64,000 nt of DNA from Alphaproteobacteria bacterium (GCA_964291675.2 OZ219866.1:2976001-3040000), one strand, 5' to 3'. Shown: positions 28,610 to 38,590, counted from the stretch's first letter. Notes: a model not told the origin generated them from the letters alone. Translations and numbers: made by a program.

Positions 28610-30162
28610 CAGATCAGTCCTCGCCCGGTTTCGAGCTGAAAGGTCAGCGTTTCCCATTCGAGTTCGTCGCTGGTCTCGGAGGTGAGCCTCGCGCCCAGCG
28701 CGTAGCCGAGCCCGTCGGCGGCGCGCCATTCGGCGATCGTCGTCTGCTCGCCGCCCTGCCAGACCAGGTCGCCCCAGATCTCCCAGACCGTATCGGCGCC
28801 CTCCCAGCCGTCGCCCGCCGGGCCGAAGCCGGTGACCACGGCCGGCGCGCCGGCGCTGCGGAAATCGGCCAGCGCGGCGAGCCCGATCCGCGCCTCCGCC
28901 TTGCCGCGCAGCACCGGGCGCAGGCAGATGCAGCGCTTCATCAGGTCGCGCCGGCCGAAGGCGTTGAACGCGGTCTGCGCATCGCCGGCGATGGTCCTGC
29001 CCGCGTCGGTGGTGCCGCCGATCCGGTTGACCGTCCCCGAGGCGGCGCCGAAATGGGCGTTCTCGTCCCACACCGCCCAGGCATGGGCGTCGATCCCGGT
29101 CCAGCGCGCCCAGGCGCCGGTCCGCGTGTCCATCACGTATTGCTCGAACCGGCCGCCGCCGAGCGGGGCGTTGACGATGGCCCGCCCGGCCCGCGCATGC
29201 ACCACGACCTGCCAGCCGGCGTTGGGCCCGTGGCGCCGCACCGCCTCGACCAGGGTCGGGCGGATCTTGTCGGACACCACCCCGCTGGGGGTGAGCGAGC
29301 CCTCGCTGACCAGCCGGGCGATCGAGATCAGCCCTTCCGAGGTCAGCACCACCAGATCGGAGCCGCGCCGGGCCACGCCGCGCACGTCGACCGGGGCGCC
29401 GGCGCGGAACACGCCGACCAGGCGCCAGTCGGAGCCCGGGTCGTCGCCGCGATAGACCACGATGTCGCCGGACGACATGCAGAACACCGCGAGGTCCTCG
29501 CCGATGCCGCCGCCGCCCCAGACGTCTGACCCGCCCTCGACGTTCCACGAGCCCATGCAGACCAGGTTGCCGCCGAACTGGCCGACCCGGGACAGCGGGA
29601 AGCGCGCCAGGCTTCCGCCCAGCGCGTCGGTCTCCGAGTACCAGAAATCCTGGCTGTCGCGCTCGAAGAAATAGGTGCGCGAGCGGTGGGTCATGATGCC
29701 GAGCAGCCGTTGCGGCGCCAGCCCGTCGCCCGAGACCGTCATCGCCGCGACGGCGCGGCCGTCGAAGATCTGCGGCGCGTCGGTGCCGTTGACCAGACCC
29801 ATGCGGCCGTTGAAGCTGACGCCCTGCCAGCGGTTCTCCGCGAAACCGGTCGCCAGCCGGGCCGGCGCGCCGGAGATCTCGTAGATGCCGCCATCGGCCG
29901 CCGCGACGGTCTTGCGCACGCTGCCGGCGTGGAACGCGGCCAGGGTCTCGACCGGCCCCGAAGCGAAGCCCGACACCAGCGGCTGGAAGCCCTCGCGCAC
30001 CGCGAGCGCGGCGATCCCCGGGTTCCAGTTGTCCAGCCTCACCGCGTCGGTGGGCGGCATCAGGTTGAGCGAATCGCGGGTGTTCAGCCCGCCCACCGGG
30101 GCCGGCACGGTGACCGTCATGGTGGCGGCGCGGCGCCGCCTGGCGCGCCGTCGCCTCAGCAT
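28609..30162 (-). CDS. Tail nozzle / DNA stabilization protein (P22 gp10 / tubular B-like)
   Basis: PAPVGGLNTRDSL N-terminus, beta-propeller-like composition, operon position. Confidence 0.7.
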   Translation of the reverse strand: MLRRRRARRRRAATMTVTVPAPVGGLNTRDSLNLMPPTDAVRLDNWNPGIAALAVREGFQPLVSGFASGPVETLAAFHAGSVRKTVAAADGGIYEISGAPARLATGFAENRWQGVSFNGRMGLVNGTDAPQIFDGRAVAAMTVSGDGLAPQRLLGIMTHRSRTYFFERDSQDFWYSETDALGGSLARFPLSRVGQFGGNLVCMGSWNVEGGSDVWGGGGIGEDLAVFCMSSGDIVVYRGDDPGSDWRLVGVFRAGAPVDVRGVARRGSDLVVLTSEGLISIARLVSEGSLTPSGVVSDKIRPTLVEAVRRHGPNAGWQVVVHARAGRAIVNAPLGGGRFEQYVMDTRTGAWARWTGIDAHAWAVWDENAHFGAASGTVNRIGGTTDAGRTIAGDAQTAFNAFGRRDLMKRCICLRPVLRGKAEARIGLAALADFRSAGAPAVVTGFGPAGDGWEGADTVWEIWGDLVWQGGEQTTIAEWRAADGLGYALGARLTSETSDELEWETLTFQLETGRGLI

Positions 30163-30872
30163 CGGCCGGACCCCGGGAAGCCGCCATCCGGCAGGGCGGC
30201 GGCGAGCGCGGCGGGCGCGGCGCCGTCCAGCCGCAGCGTGGGCCGCCCGCCGTCGCGCGCGATCGCGCGGGCGAGCACCGAGAGGTACTCGTTGAGGTCG
30301 TCGTCATAGGCCAGCCCCACGGCCTTCTTGAAACGCCATTTCACCCCCATGGCGGCGATCTCCTCGGACAGGGCGAAGCGGTCGTCGTCGGCCTCCCAGC
30401 CGCGCCGCCTGGCGCCCGAGGCGGCGATCACGATGTCCGCCGTGACGTATTCGAAGGCAAGCTCGCCGCCCGCCCGGGCGGGCGCCGGGTAGAGGTGGAA
30501 GCCGCCGCCGTGGATGCGGAAGCAGCGACCCACGCCCCCGGCTCCGCCGCGCGCGGCCAGCAGCGCCTGCCATTGCGGGCCGGACAGCGGGCCGTCGAGC
30601 CGCCGCCCGGCGGTCCGGTCCCAGGCGGTGCCGTCGACGATATGGCCGAAATCCGCGGGCAGGCCGTCCGGCTGCGCGGTCGCGGCGGCGGCGGCGAAGA
30701 CGTGCTCGCGCACCAGCGCGGTCCACTCCGCGGCCCCGGACATCGAGAAGATCTCCTGGCGCGCGGCGGCGAGCAGGCGGATCGCGGCGGTCTCCGGGTT
30801 GCCGGTGACCGCGGCGGGCGGCGCCACCCCGGCCTCGGCGGCGGCTTCGCGGCAGATATCGAGCAGGCTCAT
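30156..30872 (-). CDS. Head-tail adaptor / tail tubular protein A-like
   Basis: MSLLDICREAA, LPADF, WDRT, GPLS..W..L, GVKWRFKKAVGLAY. Confidence 0.7.
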   Translation of the reverse strand: MSLLDICREAAAEAGVAPPAAVTGNPETAAIRLLAAARQEIFSMSGAAEWTALVREHVFAAAAATAQPDGLPADFGHIVDGTAWDRTAGRRLDGPLSGPQWQALLAARGGAGGVGRCFRIHGGGFHLYPAPARAGGELAFEYVTADIVIAASGARRRGWEADDDRFALSEEIAAMGVKWRFKKAVGLAYDDDLNEYLSVLARAIARDGGRPTLRLDGAAPAALAAALPDGGFPGSGRC

Positions 30873-31447
30873 CGGCGGCGCTCCCGCCTTCCCTGCCCGG
30901 CCTGGCGCAGCCGCGCGTTGTCGCCCTCCAGCCGCGCGACCTCGCGCTTGAGGCGGGCGATCTCGGCGCGCAGCGCCGTCTCGGTCTCGGTCTGCGGCTG
31001 CAGGAACTGGCGCGCGCGCTCGGCGAGGGCGGCGGCGGTCTCGCCGATCCGCTCGCGCAGCGCCTCGTCGGCGCCGGCCACCTGCTCGACGGTGAACACT
31101 TCCAGCGCCTTGAGCTCGGCCACCCCCGCCACGGTGAGATAGGGCCAGTGCTCGATCGGCGTGCCGGACGGGCGCTCGCGCCTGGCCTCGAAGGCGGCCC
31201 AGCGGCCGGGCCAGCGCGCGCGGTCGGCATCCGAGGCGCGGCGGTCGACGACGCTGTTGCGGTCGCCCGGCACCAGCACGCGGACATAGGCGATCTCGTC
31301 GAACACCGGCCGGCCGCGCTCCTCGCTGCGCGCCGGGTTCCGCACCGCGCGCATGTAGAAATGCGGGATGCAGTCGTCGCGCCCGCCATTCTGCTGCTCG
31401 GCGGCGAAATTCTCCCAGTAGCCGGAATCGTCGGGAACCGGTTGCAT
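30869..31447 (-). CDS. Conserved phage protein
   Basis: SEERGRPVF..YVRVLVPGD, GTPIEHWP, ELKALEVFTVEQ pattern seen in podophage head-tail regions. Confidence 0.7.
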   Translation of the reverse strand: MQPVPDDSGYWENFAAEQQNGGRDDCIPHFYMRAVRNPARSEERGRPVFDEIAYVRVLVPGDRNSVVDRRASDADRARWPGRWAAFEARRERPSGTPIEHWPYLTVAGVAELKALEVFTVEQVAGADEALRERIGETAAALAERARQFLQPQTETETALRAEIARLKREVARLEGDNARLRQAGQGRRERRR

Positions 31448-31484
31448 GGCTCGTCCTTTCTGGTTGGTGGGGGCCTGCCCCCTT

Positions 31485-31940
31485 CCGTCATGCCCGGCTC
31501 CCGGAACGAGTCCGGCGGCCGGGCATCTCGCTCCACCGGGCGCGGTGCCGGCGGCGCCCATGGGTGCCCGCTTCCCCCGCCCCCCTCCCCCCCGCCCCCT
31601 CGTCATGGCCGGACTTGATCCGGCCACCCATGCGCGGACTTGATCCGCGCAACCACTGGCGCCACCGGTACAACGCCCCGTCGGGAGGGGCGGCGGCGCC
31701 CTCCCTTCCGTCATGCCCGGCCCCCGGAACGAGTCCGGGGGCCGGGCATCTCCCTCCACCGGGCGCAGTGCCGGCGGCAGGCCCGGTGGATGGCCGGAAC
31801 GAGTCCGGCCATGACGATGGGGGCGGGCAGGGCGCGTCCTTCGATACGCCGCTTCGCGGCTACTCAGGATGAGGGAAAGTCTCTTGGTCCAACAAAAGAC
31901 CCTCATCCCGAGTAGGCCCCGCAGGGGCCGTATCGAGGGA
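31485..31940. repeat. REP family 1 cluster followed by REP family 2 pair
   Basis: Family 2: CTTCGATACG..CTACTCAGGATGAGGG ... CCCTCATCCCGAGTAG..CGTATCGAGG (31838-31940). Confidence 0.85.
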
Positions 31941-32417
31941 CTACCCCGCCCGCGGGTGGGCGACGATGGCCGGGCGGGCGGCGGCGGCGCTGCCGGCGGC
32001 GGCGGTGATGGCGATGCCGGCGACCCGGCTCTGGCCGGTCTTCGCGTCGTCGAGCTTGCCGGCCTCGGCGGTGGTGTAGAGCGCCGAGTCCCTGGCGCAG
32101 CGCGCGAGCACGTTGACCTTGAGCGCGGCGCCCTGGCCGGCGGTCGCGACCCAGCCGTACTCGCCCTCGGCGAAGGCGGCCTGGGCGACGGCGATGGCGT
32201 GGCCGGCATCGACCGCCGTCTTGGTGCCGGCGGAGGCGTCGAAATCCTCGTCGACGGTGACGTAGTCGTGGCGCGCGATCGCGCCGGCGGCCCGGACATA
32301 GATCCATTCGGTGCCGTCGGTGCCGGCGACCCGGGTGCCGGGGGCGTGCTCGGCGGCGGCGCCGGGCGAATCGATGCGCGCGCCGGCGAGCGGCGCGGTG
32401 GCGTGGTGGATGGACAT
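31941..32417 (-). CDS. Capsid decoration/cement-like protein
   Basis: PGTRVAGTDGTEWIYVRA, YGWV, LYTTAEAGKLDD; directly after the major capsid gene. Confidence 0.6.
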   Translation of the reverse strand: MSIHHATAPLAGARIDSPGAAAEHAPGTRVAGTDGTEWIYVRAAGAIARHDYVTVDEDFDASAGTKTAVDAGHAIAVAQAAFAEGEYGWVATAGQGAALKVNVLARCARDSALYTTAEAGKLDDAKTGQSRVAGIAITAAAGSAAAARPAIVAHPRAG

Positions 32418-32448
32418 GGCGGTTTCCTTCGGTCGGAGCGTTGGGCGG

Positions 32449-32563
32449 TCCTTCGATACGCGCCCTGCGGGCGCTACTCAGGATGAGGGGTGGGTGCTGG
32501 ACCCGAGAAGAACTCCCTCACCCTGAGTAGCCCCCGGACCGAGTCCGGGGGCGTATCGAAGGG
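32449..32563. repeat. REP family 2 pair
   Basis: TCCTTCGATACG..CTACTCAGGATGAGGG ... CCCTCACCCTGAGTAG..CGTATCGAAGG. Confidence 0.85.
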
Positions 32564-32571
32564 GCGCAGGG

Positions 32572-33537
32572 TCAGGCGTGGATCACGCCCTGGCGGGCGG
32601 CGTTCGACATCGTCAGGTTGCCCATGAAGATGATCGGGATCACGGTCGCGTCCTGGTTGACCGATTGCCGCTTCTCCAGGGGCTCCATGTTGGCGTCCTT
32701 GTGCGGGCGCCAGAACAGGTAGTCGGTGTTCAGCATGTACATGTGCGATTCGGGGCACTTGTCGTCGTACATCACCGGGGCCGACCCGCCGGGGCCGTAA
32801 TACTGGATCGAGCGGAACCCGGCGCCCGCGTCCTCCTCGGACGAGATGCGCTGGATCGCCTGCAGCGACTGCCAGTAGTGGTTGAAGTAGACCGTGTCGG
32901 CGACGATCAGGCTCGGCGCGTCGGCGCCGCGCAGGCATTTGAGCCAGAGCGCGTTCATCGCCTTCTGCACGGTGTCGGCGCCCGGCGTCACGCCGGCCTC
33001 GGAGAAGTCGTAGACCTGGTTGCGCCAGAACGAGAACGCGGCGCGGTCGATGCCGCCGACGGTGCCGGTGGACGGGTCGTCGGCGACCAGCGCGCGCAGC
33101 CCGCCGATCTGCTTGCCCGACGCGCCGGTGCCGTCGGAGTACACCCCGATCGACAGGTTGTTCATCATCGTCTTCTCGGCGTTCTTGATGCGCCGGTCGA
33201 CCAGGCGGAGGGACTGCTCCTTGCCGGCGTTCTTGCGCTCCTCGGCGCCGGAGACCGAGACCACGACGGCGGCCTGCTTCCACTCGTACTCGGCGGAGTC
33301 GAAGACGTCCGAGGGCGAGATGTCGAGCACCTCGTAGCCGGAATAGTACTTGAAGGTCTGGTTCTCGGCGTATTCCAGCTCCTCCACCAGGGTCCGCCCG
33401 CCATCGGCGGGGTCGACCTGGCCCTCCTTGTTGAGGTAGCGCAGCACCGCGTTGTGGTTGAGGATGTTGTCGGCGAGCTGGCCGCGGCGGTTGCGCAGCG
33501 TGGTGGTGACCAGGTCGCCCAGATTGGCGTTTGCCAT
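32572..33537 (-). CDS. Major capsid protein
   Basis: LVTTTLRNR..LADNILNHNA, GGRTLVEELEY, YSGYE, GGIDRAAFSFWRNQ, GNLTMSN..RQGV. Confidence 0.88.
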   Translation of the reverse strand: MANANLGDLVTTTLRNRRGQLADNILNHNAVLRYLNKEGQVDPADGGRTLVEELEYAENQTFKYYSGYEVLDISPSDVFDSAEYEWKQAAVVVSVSGAEERKNAGKEQSLRLVDRRIKNAEKTMMNNLSIGVYSDGTGASGKQIGGLRALVADDPSTGTVGGIDRAAFSFWRNQVYDFSEAGVTPGADTVQKAMNALWLKCLRGADAPSLIVADTVYFNHYWQSLQAIQRISSEEDAGAGFRSIQYYGPGGSAPVMYDDKCPESHMYMLNTDYLFWRPHKDANMEPLEKRQSVNQDATVIPIIFMGNLTMSNAARQGVIHA

Positions 33538-33562
33538 GTTTCGGTTCCTTGCTTGTCCGTGG

Positions 33563-34537
33563 TTACGCGCCGACCATCCGGTCCCAGACGCGCTCGAGCT
33601 CCTCGCGATGCGACCGGGCGGGCGGCAGCGCGGAGCCCGCCGGTTCGGCGCCGCCCAGAGCGGCCCGTCCGGCGTTCCTCGCCTTCGCAACCTCGGCCTT
33701 GCGGGCGCTCTCGCGGCGTTCCGCCAGCTCGGCATCGCGCGCCTGGAGCGCCTTCTGCCTGGTGGCGGGATCGGCCCAGACGGCCTGTTCGTATGCGTCC
33801 TCGAAGCTCGTCGCGGCACCGGCCCGGATCAGCGCCGAGAGCCTGGGCCGGACCGCGTCGAAATGCGGGAAGCGCGGCCTGCCGTCGGAATCGGCGGCGC
33901 GCGCCCGGGCGTCGAGCTCGGCCTCCATCGCGGCCAGCAGGCGGAGCTCGTGCTGCTCGGCGGCGTAGCGCTCCAGCGTGTCCAGCATCTCGTCCGGGCG
34001 CGCCGGCGCGCCGGGCGGGGCGGCGCCGGCGTCGGGCGGAGCGTCGCCGGCGTCGGGCGCGAGACCGTAGGACTCGGCGAACAGCGCGAGCGCCGCCCCG
34101 GGGTCCTGCTCGATCAGCGCATGCGCCTCCAGCAGCCGCGCCACCGCCTCGCCGTCGGAGATCCCCTGCGCGCGCATCGACTCGCGCCACGGCGCGAGCG
34201 CCGCATCGACCGCCTCCAGCCCGGCGAGCGCCTTCTCGCGCTCGGCGAGCGTCTGCGAGCGTTCGGAATGCGCCGTCTCCAGCTCGCGGTGCAGGTCGAG
34301 CGCATACTCGCGCGCGTCTTCGGGCAGCGCCTGGAAGCGCTCGCGCCACGCCGCCGGCCAGTGCCCGGGCGGGGGCTCGGCGTCGGCGTCGTCGGCAGGC
34401 TCGGCGGGCTCGGCGGGCTCGGCCGGCTCCTCCGCGCCGGGCTCCGTCTCCTCCCCGGCGGGCTCGCTGTCCTCGGCCGCGAGGCTGTCCCACGCCGCCT
34501 CCAGATCCTCGCGCAGGCTGTTGGTTTCGTCGGTCAT
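33563..34537 (-). CDS. Scaffolding-like protein
   Basis: Acidic N-terminus, PPGHW, SLREDL/SHREEL terminal motifs, LEDAYEQAVW-like; directly before capsid. Confidence 0.72.
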   Translation of the reverse strand: MTDETNSLREDLEAAWDSLAAEDSEPAGEETEPGAEEPAEPAEPAEPADDADAEPPPGHWPAAWRERFQALPEDAREYALDLHRELETAHSERSQTLAEREKALAGLEAVDAALAPWRESMRAQGISDGEAVARLLEAHALIEQDPGAALALFAESYGLAPDAGDAPPDAGAAPPGAPARPDEMLDTLERYAAEQHELRLLAAMEAELDARARAADSDGRPRFPHFDAVRPRLSALIRAGAATSFEDAYEQAVWADPATRQKALQARDAELAERRESARKAEVAKARNAGRAALGGAEPAGSALPPARSHREELERVWDRMVGA

Positions 34538-34708
34538 GGTTCCTCCGAAGGGGTTGGATTCGTGGATGGGTGGGCTCGCCACGCGCCCTTGCCGCCACCC
34601 CGGATCGAGTCCGGGGCGACAGGAGAAGCCCGCTTCGGCCGGGCGCCTAGCGAAAATAAGCGGCCTCGAAACGGGCCGCCATCGAAGTCGATTATCGGGC
34701 GTTGCGCC

Positions 34709-35176
34709 TCAGGCGGCGAGCCTGTACCCGGGCGGTCCGCTCCCGTCGATGACGATATCCGGGCGGCTGCCGCCCGGAACGCATCTGGCGGCGATCTGCT
34801 CGATCGAGCCGCGCTCGCCGAGATCCAGCTTCTCGACCGCCAGCAGCCGGACGACGATCTCGGACGCGGCCTGGATCGGCGTTCGGTTCTTCTCCCATCG
34901 GGCAACCGACTGGGCGTCGCGATGGACGTGCCTTGCGAGCTCCGCCTGGGTGAAGCCCATCATCGTCCGCAGGAACCTGAGCTCCTGCCCGGACATCGCC
35001 GATTCGCGCTCCACGATGCCCCGAGCGATGGTCTTGTGCAGCTCGTTGACCGCCGGGATGTACAGCACTTCTTCACCGCTGTCGTCGACCCGCACGCCGA
35101 TTCCCTCGATGAATACGTTGTCCAGTCCGCATTCGGTGTAGCGGTATCTGGTGCGCTCCCCGGAAGCAGCCTTCAT
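34709..35176 (-). CDS. HigA/MqsA-like HTH antitoxin
   Basis: YRYTECGLDNVFIEG, SGQELRFLRTMMGFTQAELA, VARWE. Confidence 0.8.
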   Translation of the reverse strand: MKAASGERTRYRYTECGLDNVFIEGIGVRVDDSGEEVLYIPAVNELHKTIARGIVERESAMSGQELRFLRTMMGFTQAELARHVHRDAQSVARWEKNRTPIQAASEIVVRLLAVEKLDLGERGSIEQIAARCVPGGSRPDIVIDGSGPPGYRLAA

Positions 35177-35191
35177 GCCTTGCAGCCTTCT

Positions 35192-35539
35192 TCAACCGCG
35201 TTGTATCGGTTCGTCAGCCCACATTGCCGTCACAATCGTCGCTTCCCTCTTCTCTGTCGACGGGACTACGACAACTCTCAACGTGCGTCTCCCGGAGTTC
35301 GGTGTCTTGCACTCCATCTTGTACCTGAAATAGCCCGGCCGGGCCGACGGCTCCCCTTTTTCATAAACAAATCCACGTTTCAGGACATAAAGTACGTCAT
35401 CCAATATCAGGTCACGCTGCTTTATCTGCTCAATCGCATGTTTGCTCATGAAGACTCCGAAATCGTCGCGTAGGGCCATTTCCCTGATCGAGTCCGTGGC
35501 CCGGGCCGCGGATAGCGGTTCTTCGCCGGGCTTCGTCAC
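35192..35539 (-). CDS. DUF4258/HigB-like putative RNase toxin
   Basis: SKHAIEQIKQRDLILDDVLYVLKRG, TIVTAMW. Confidence 0.78.
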   Translation of the reverse strand: MTKPGEEPLSAARATDSIREMALRDDFGVFMSKHAIEQIKQRDLILDDVLYVLKRGFVYEKGEPSARPGYFRYKMECKTPNSGRRTLRVVVVPSTEKREATIVTAMWADEPIQRG

Positions 35540-35699
35540 GCCGACACCACTCCGCCCGCACCTATCACGGTGATAGGTACAGCGGATCGCGGCGGATCGT
35601 CAAGACCTATCGGCGCGGGCACCGGCGATGTCGAGATCGCTTTCGGCCTCGTCGGTCATGCTTGCTCCGAAGGGGTTGGATTCGTGGATGGGTGGGCTC

Positions 35700-35808
35700 G
35701 TCCTTCGATACGCCCGCCTGCGGCGGTCTACTCAGGATGAGGTGTCTTGTTGGAGGGCGCTCAACCCCGCCCTCATCCTGAGTAGCGGCGAAGCCGCGTA
35801 TCGAAGGA
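35700..35808. repeat. REP family 2 pair
   Basis: TCCTTCGATACG..CTACTCAGGATGAGG ... CCTCATCCTGAGTAG..CGTATCGAAGGA. Confidence 0.85.
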
Positions 35809-35815
35809 CGCACCC

Positions 35816-36229
35816 CTATTTCGTCCTGCCGCCCATCTTCTCGAACGTCCTGAGCCCGCCGAGGCCGAGCAGGCTCAGCAGCACCGTCAGCAGGTGCTCG
35901 AGCTGGAGCGCCGCCGGGACCGGGGTGCCGGGCGCCCAGACCGAGAACCCCCAGACCAGCAGATCGCGCAGGATGAAGTTCCAGGCGAGCGCGGCGCCGC
36001 AGATCCAGCCGATGAAGGGCCGCCAGCCGGCGACGAACACAGAGCGGTGCTGCGCCTCAATGCGGTTGACCTCGATCTGGGCCAGCGCCGGGCGCTGCGC
36101 GAGGCGGGCGAGCAGGGCCTCCTTGCCGAGCCGTTCGTCGTCGCTGGTGAACAGATCGTCGATCACCCGGCCGATCGCCGCGACCGGCTCGGCCGCGCCG
36201 CGGCCGAACAGCATGTCGAGCAGGGGCAT
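35816..36229 (-). CDS. Holin of 3 TMs (GTA-holin family)
   Basis: DDLFTSDDER, NRIEAQHRSVFVAGWRPFIGWICG, LLGLGGLRTFEK. Confidence 0.88.
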   Translation of the reverse strand: MPLLDMLFGRGAAEPVAAIGRVIDDLFTSDDERLGKEALLARLAQRPALAQIEVNRIEAQHRSVFVAGWRPFIGWICGAALAWNFILRDLLVWGFSVWAPGTPVPAALQLEHLLTVLLSLLGLGGLRTFEKMGGRTK

Positions 36230-36242
36230 CAGCCGCGCCCCG

Positions 36243-36435
36243 TCCCTCGATACGGCCCTTCGGGCCTACTCGGGATGAGGGCGGGGTTGGGGCGGCCGGC
36301 ATCCTTTCTCATCCATTCTCTCCTCATCCTTCGGGGGCTACTCAGGATGAGGGTGGGGTTGGGGCGGCCGGCATCCTTTCTCATCCATTCTCTCCTCATC
36401 CTGAGTAGCCCGCCGCAGGCGGGCGTATCGAAGGA
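36243..36435. repeat. REP family 2 pair with internal 72-bp-period tandem duplication
   Basis: 36266-36330 is repeated at 36338-36402. Confidence 0.85.
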
Positions 36436-36647
36436 CCGACCGCGTCGTTGCCGATCTCGACCATGCCGTTGGCCCGCAGATGCTCGTCCCAGTCGCGGCG
36501 CGAGCGGTAGCGGCGGCCGTCGGCGGGGCTGGCGATGCCGTGCTCGAAGGGGGCGTCGCGGTTGACGAGCTGCGGCCCGGCGGCCGGGCGGGGCGGCGCC
36601 AGCGGGACCCAGCGGGCCTGCGCCTTGCTCCAGGCGTAGCGGGTCAT
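36396..36647 (-). CDS. Small conserved phage protein after portal
   Basis: SPADGRRYRSRRDWDEHLRANGMVEIGND; stop codon supplied by the REP. Confidence 0.7.
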   Translation of the reverse strand: MTRYAWSKAQARWVPLAPPRPAAGPQLVNRDAPFEHGIASPADGRRYRSRRDWDEHLRANGMVEIGNDAVGPSIRPPAAGYSG

Positions 36648-38425
36648 CGCGGCCTGCCCTCGGCCGGGCCCGGCGGCGGCGCGGCGGCGGCCGCCTCGGC
36701 CTGGCGGATCAGCGCGTCCGAGGTGCGCCCGATCACCTCCTCCAGCCGGCGGCCGGGCTTGAAGCTGCGCGCGGCGGTGCGGAACATTTCGAGGAACATC
36801 GGCGCAGATTGCGGCGCCGCCCCGATCAAGGGCGCGATGCCGGTAAAGAAGCCGGTCGCGGCGGTCAGGAACTCGACCGCGTTGCGCCGCTCGGCCTCGG
36901 CGTCGGGCTGGACCGTCGATTCGGTCTCGATGTCGATGCGGAAGCCGCGCAGCCGCTCGTCGCGCAGCAGCGCAGCGACCGCCGGCGGCACCGGCCGCCC
37001 GGTCATCCGGGCCAGCGTCTCGGGGCGGAAATGCTCGGCGATCACCTCCGCCTTGAGGCGCAGCGCGTCGCGCACGAAGCGCTGCATCGGGCGCTGGCGG
37101 GGCTGCATCCGCATGGTGCCGAAGGAGCCCTTGAGGCGCTGCGCGGTGGCGGTCTCGGAGGCCTGGGTGGAGCCGCGCACGATGTCCGACAGGCCGGTGA
37201 TCTCGAAGATCTCGGCCTTGAGCTGCGCCATGTGGCCGTTGAGCGAGACGATCACCTGGGCGATGCGCTCGATCGGCAGCCACTCGATGGCCGCCGCCAG
37301 CCCGCCCTTGTCGCGGAACTGGTCCCAGTCCTTGACCGGGATCATCTCGTTCTCGCCGGCCTCGGTGAGCAGCCGCTCGATCTCGCCCAGCACCCCGGCA
37401 TAGACGCCGCGCGCCCTGAGCGCGGCGATCAGATGCCGCTTGCGGTCGGCGAGCTCGTCGAGCTCCAGCGCCTGGTCCTGGTAGAGGGTGAATTCCGGGA
37501 TCGGCACCCGCGAGTCCGACGTCCTGACCGCATAGATCGGCTCCGGCACCGGGAAGAAGCCGGCGAGCCCGAGCGGGTCGGGGGTCTCCTCGACGACGCG
37601 GTCGAAGCCGTCGGCGATGACGATGCGCCTGCGCCCCGGCTTGTCCCAGATCTCCCACAGGACGGCGCGCCTCGCGCCTTCCGGCGCGACCTCCGGCGCG
37701 GCGCCCGCGCGGTCGCGCCCGTCATAGGCGCGCACCGCGCCCTCCAGCGGGATGTCGCGGCCGATCGCGCCGAAGCGCTCGACCAGCTCGCCGCGCGCGA
37801 GCGCGTGGCGGAAGGCGATCCAGCCCACCTCGTCCCAGCAGCGCGCGGGCTGCTCGCGGTAGTCCTTCCAGAACACGTGGCGGCAGCGGACCCGCTCGTC
37901 GGCCACCTCCTCGACCCAGGCGTCCTCGCCGTCGAACCCGTCGGGCTCGACCGGCCGGCCGTCGAGCAGGAAGACCGGCGCGCCATCGGGGCCTTCGGCG
38001 CGCTCCAGGGCGCGCCTCGCGATCACCGGCTCGTAGACGATGCGCGCGACGCCGCGCCCGGGCAGCAGCATGTCGTCGCGCACCGCCTCCATCGCCCGGT
38101 CGAAGCCGTCGTCGTCGAGCAGGTAGGAGAGCGCGCGCTCCAGCACCAGCGCGGCCTCGCGCCCGACCGGGTCGTCGTCGAGATAGCGCCGGCGCACGTC
38201 CGGCGCCGGGGTCTGCGAGTAGATCACCGGCTTCAGGATCTCGGTATTGGCCCACAGGATGTTGACCTGGCGGCGGGCGGACTGGCGCTTCTCGGCGCGG
38301 TAGCGCTCGACCACCTTGTCGGCGCGCTGCATCCAGTCGCGCCCGGCCCGCCCCGCCCGGTCGAGCTCGGCCCGCCAGTGGCGCACCGTCCCGTCCGGCC
38401 CGGGAGTTTCGGTCTCGGTCTTCAT
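36644..38425 (-). CDS. Portal protein
   Basis: NILWANTE.LKP..Y..TP.PDVRRR, LLPGRG, LWEIWDK, GFFPVPEP, IFEITGLSDIVRG, ETATAQ, FRIDIETEST. Confidence 0.88.
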   Translation of the reverse strand: MKTETETPGPDGTVRHWRAELDRAGRAGRDWMQRADKVVERYRAEKRQSARRQVNILWANTEILKPVIYSQTPAPDVRRRYLDDDPVGREAALVLERALSYLLDDDGFDRAMEAVRDDMLLPGRGVARIVYEPVIARRALERAEGPDGAPVFLLDGRPVEPDGFDGEDAWVEEVADERVRCRHVFWKDYREQPARCWDEVGWIAFRHALARGELVERFGAIGRDIPLEGAVRAYDGRDRAGAAPEVAPEGARRAVLWEIWDKPGRRRIVIADGFDRVVEETPDPLGLAGFFPVPEPIYAVRTSDSRVPIPEFTLYQDQALELDELADRKRHLIAALRARGVYAGVLGEIERLLTEAGENEMIPVKDWDQFRDKGGLAAAIEWLPIERIAQVIVSLNGHMAQLKAEIFEITGLSDIVRGSTQASETATAQRLKGSFGTMRMQPRQRPMQRFVRDALRLKAEVIAEHFRPETLARMTGRPVPPAVAALLRDERLRGFRIDIETESTVQPDAEAERRNAVEFLTAATGFFTGIAPLIGAAPQSAPMFLEMFRTAARSFKPGRRLEEVIGRTSDALIRQAEAAAAAPPPGPAEGRPR

Positions 38426-38479
38426 GGCTTTCCTTTCGGCTCGCATGGCGGTCCTTCGATACGTGCCCTGCCGCCCCCA

Positions 38480-38590
38480 CCCGTCATGCCCGGACTTGAT
38501 CCGGGCACCCACTGGCGCCGCCGCCTCTCCCTGCAACCCCCTTGCGCGCGGCGGCCGCATGGGTGCCCGGATCAAGTCCGGGCATGACGG
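38480..38590. repeat. REP family 1 pair
   Basis: CGTCATGCCCGGACTTGATCCGGGCACCCA ... TGGGTGCCCGGATCAAGTCCGGGCATGACG. Confidence 0.88.
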
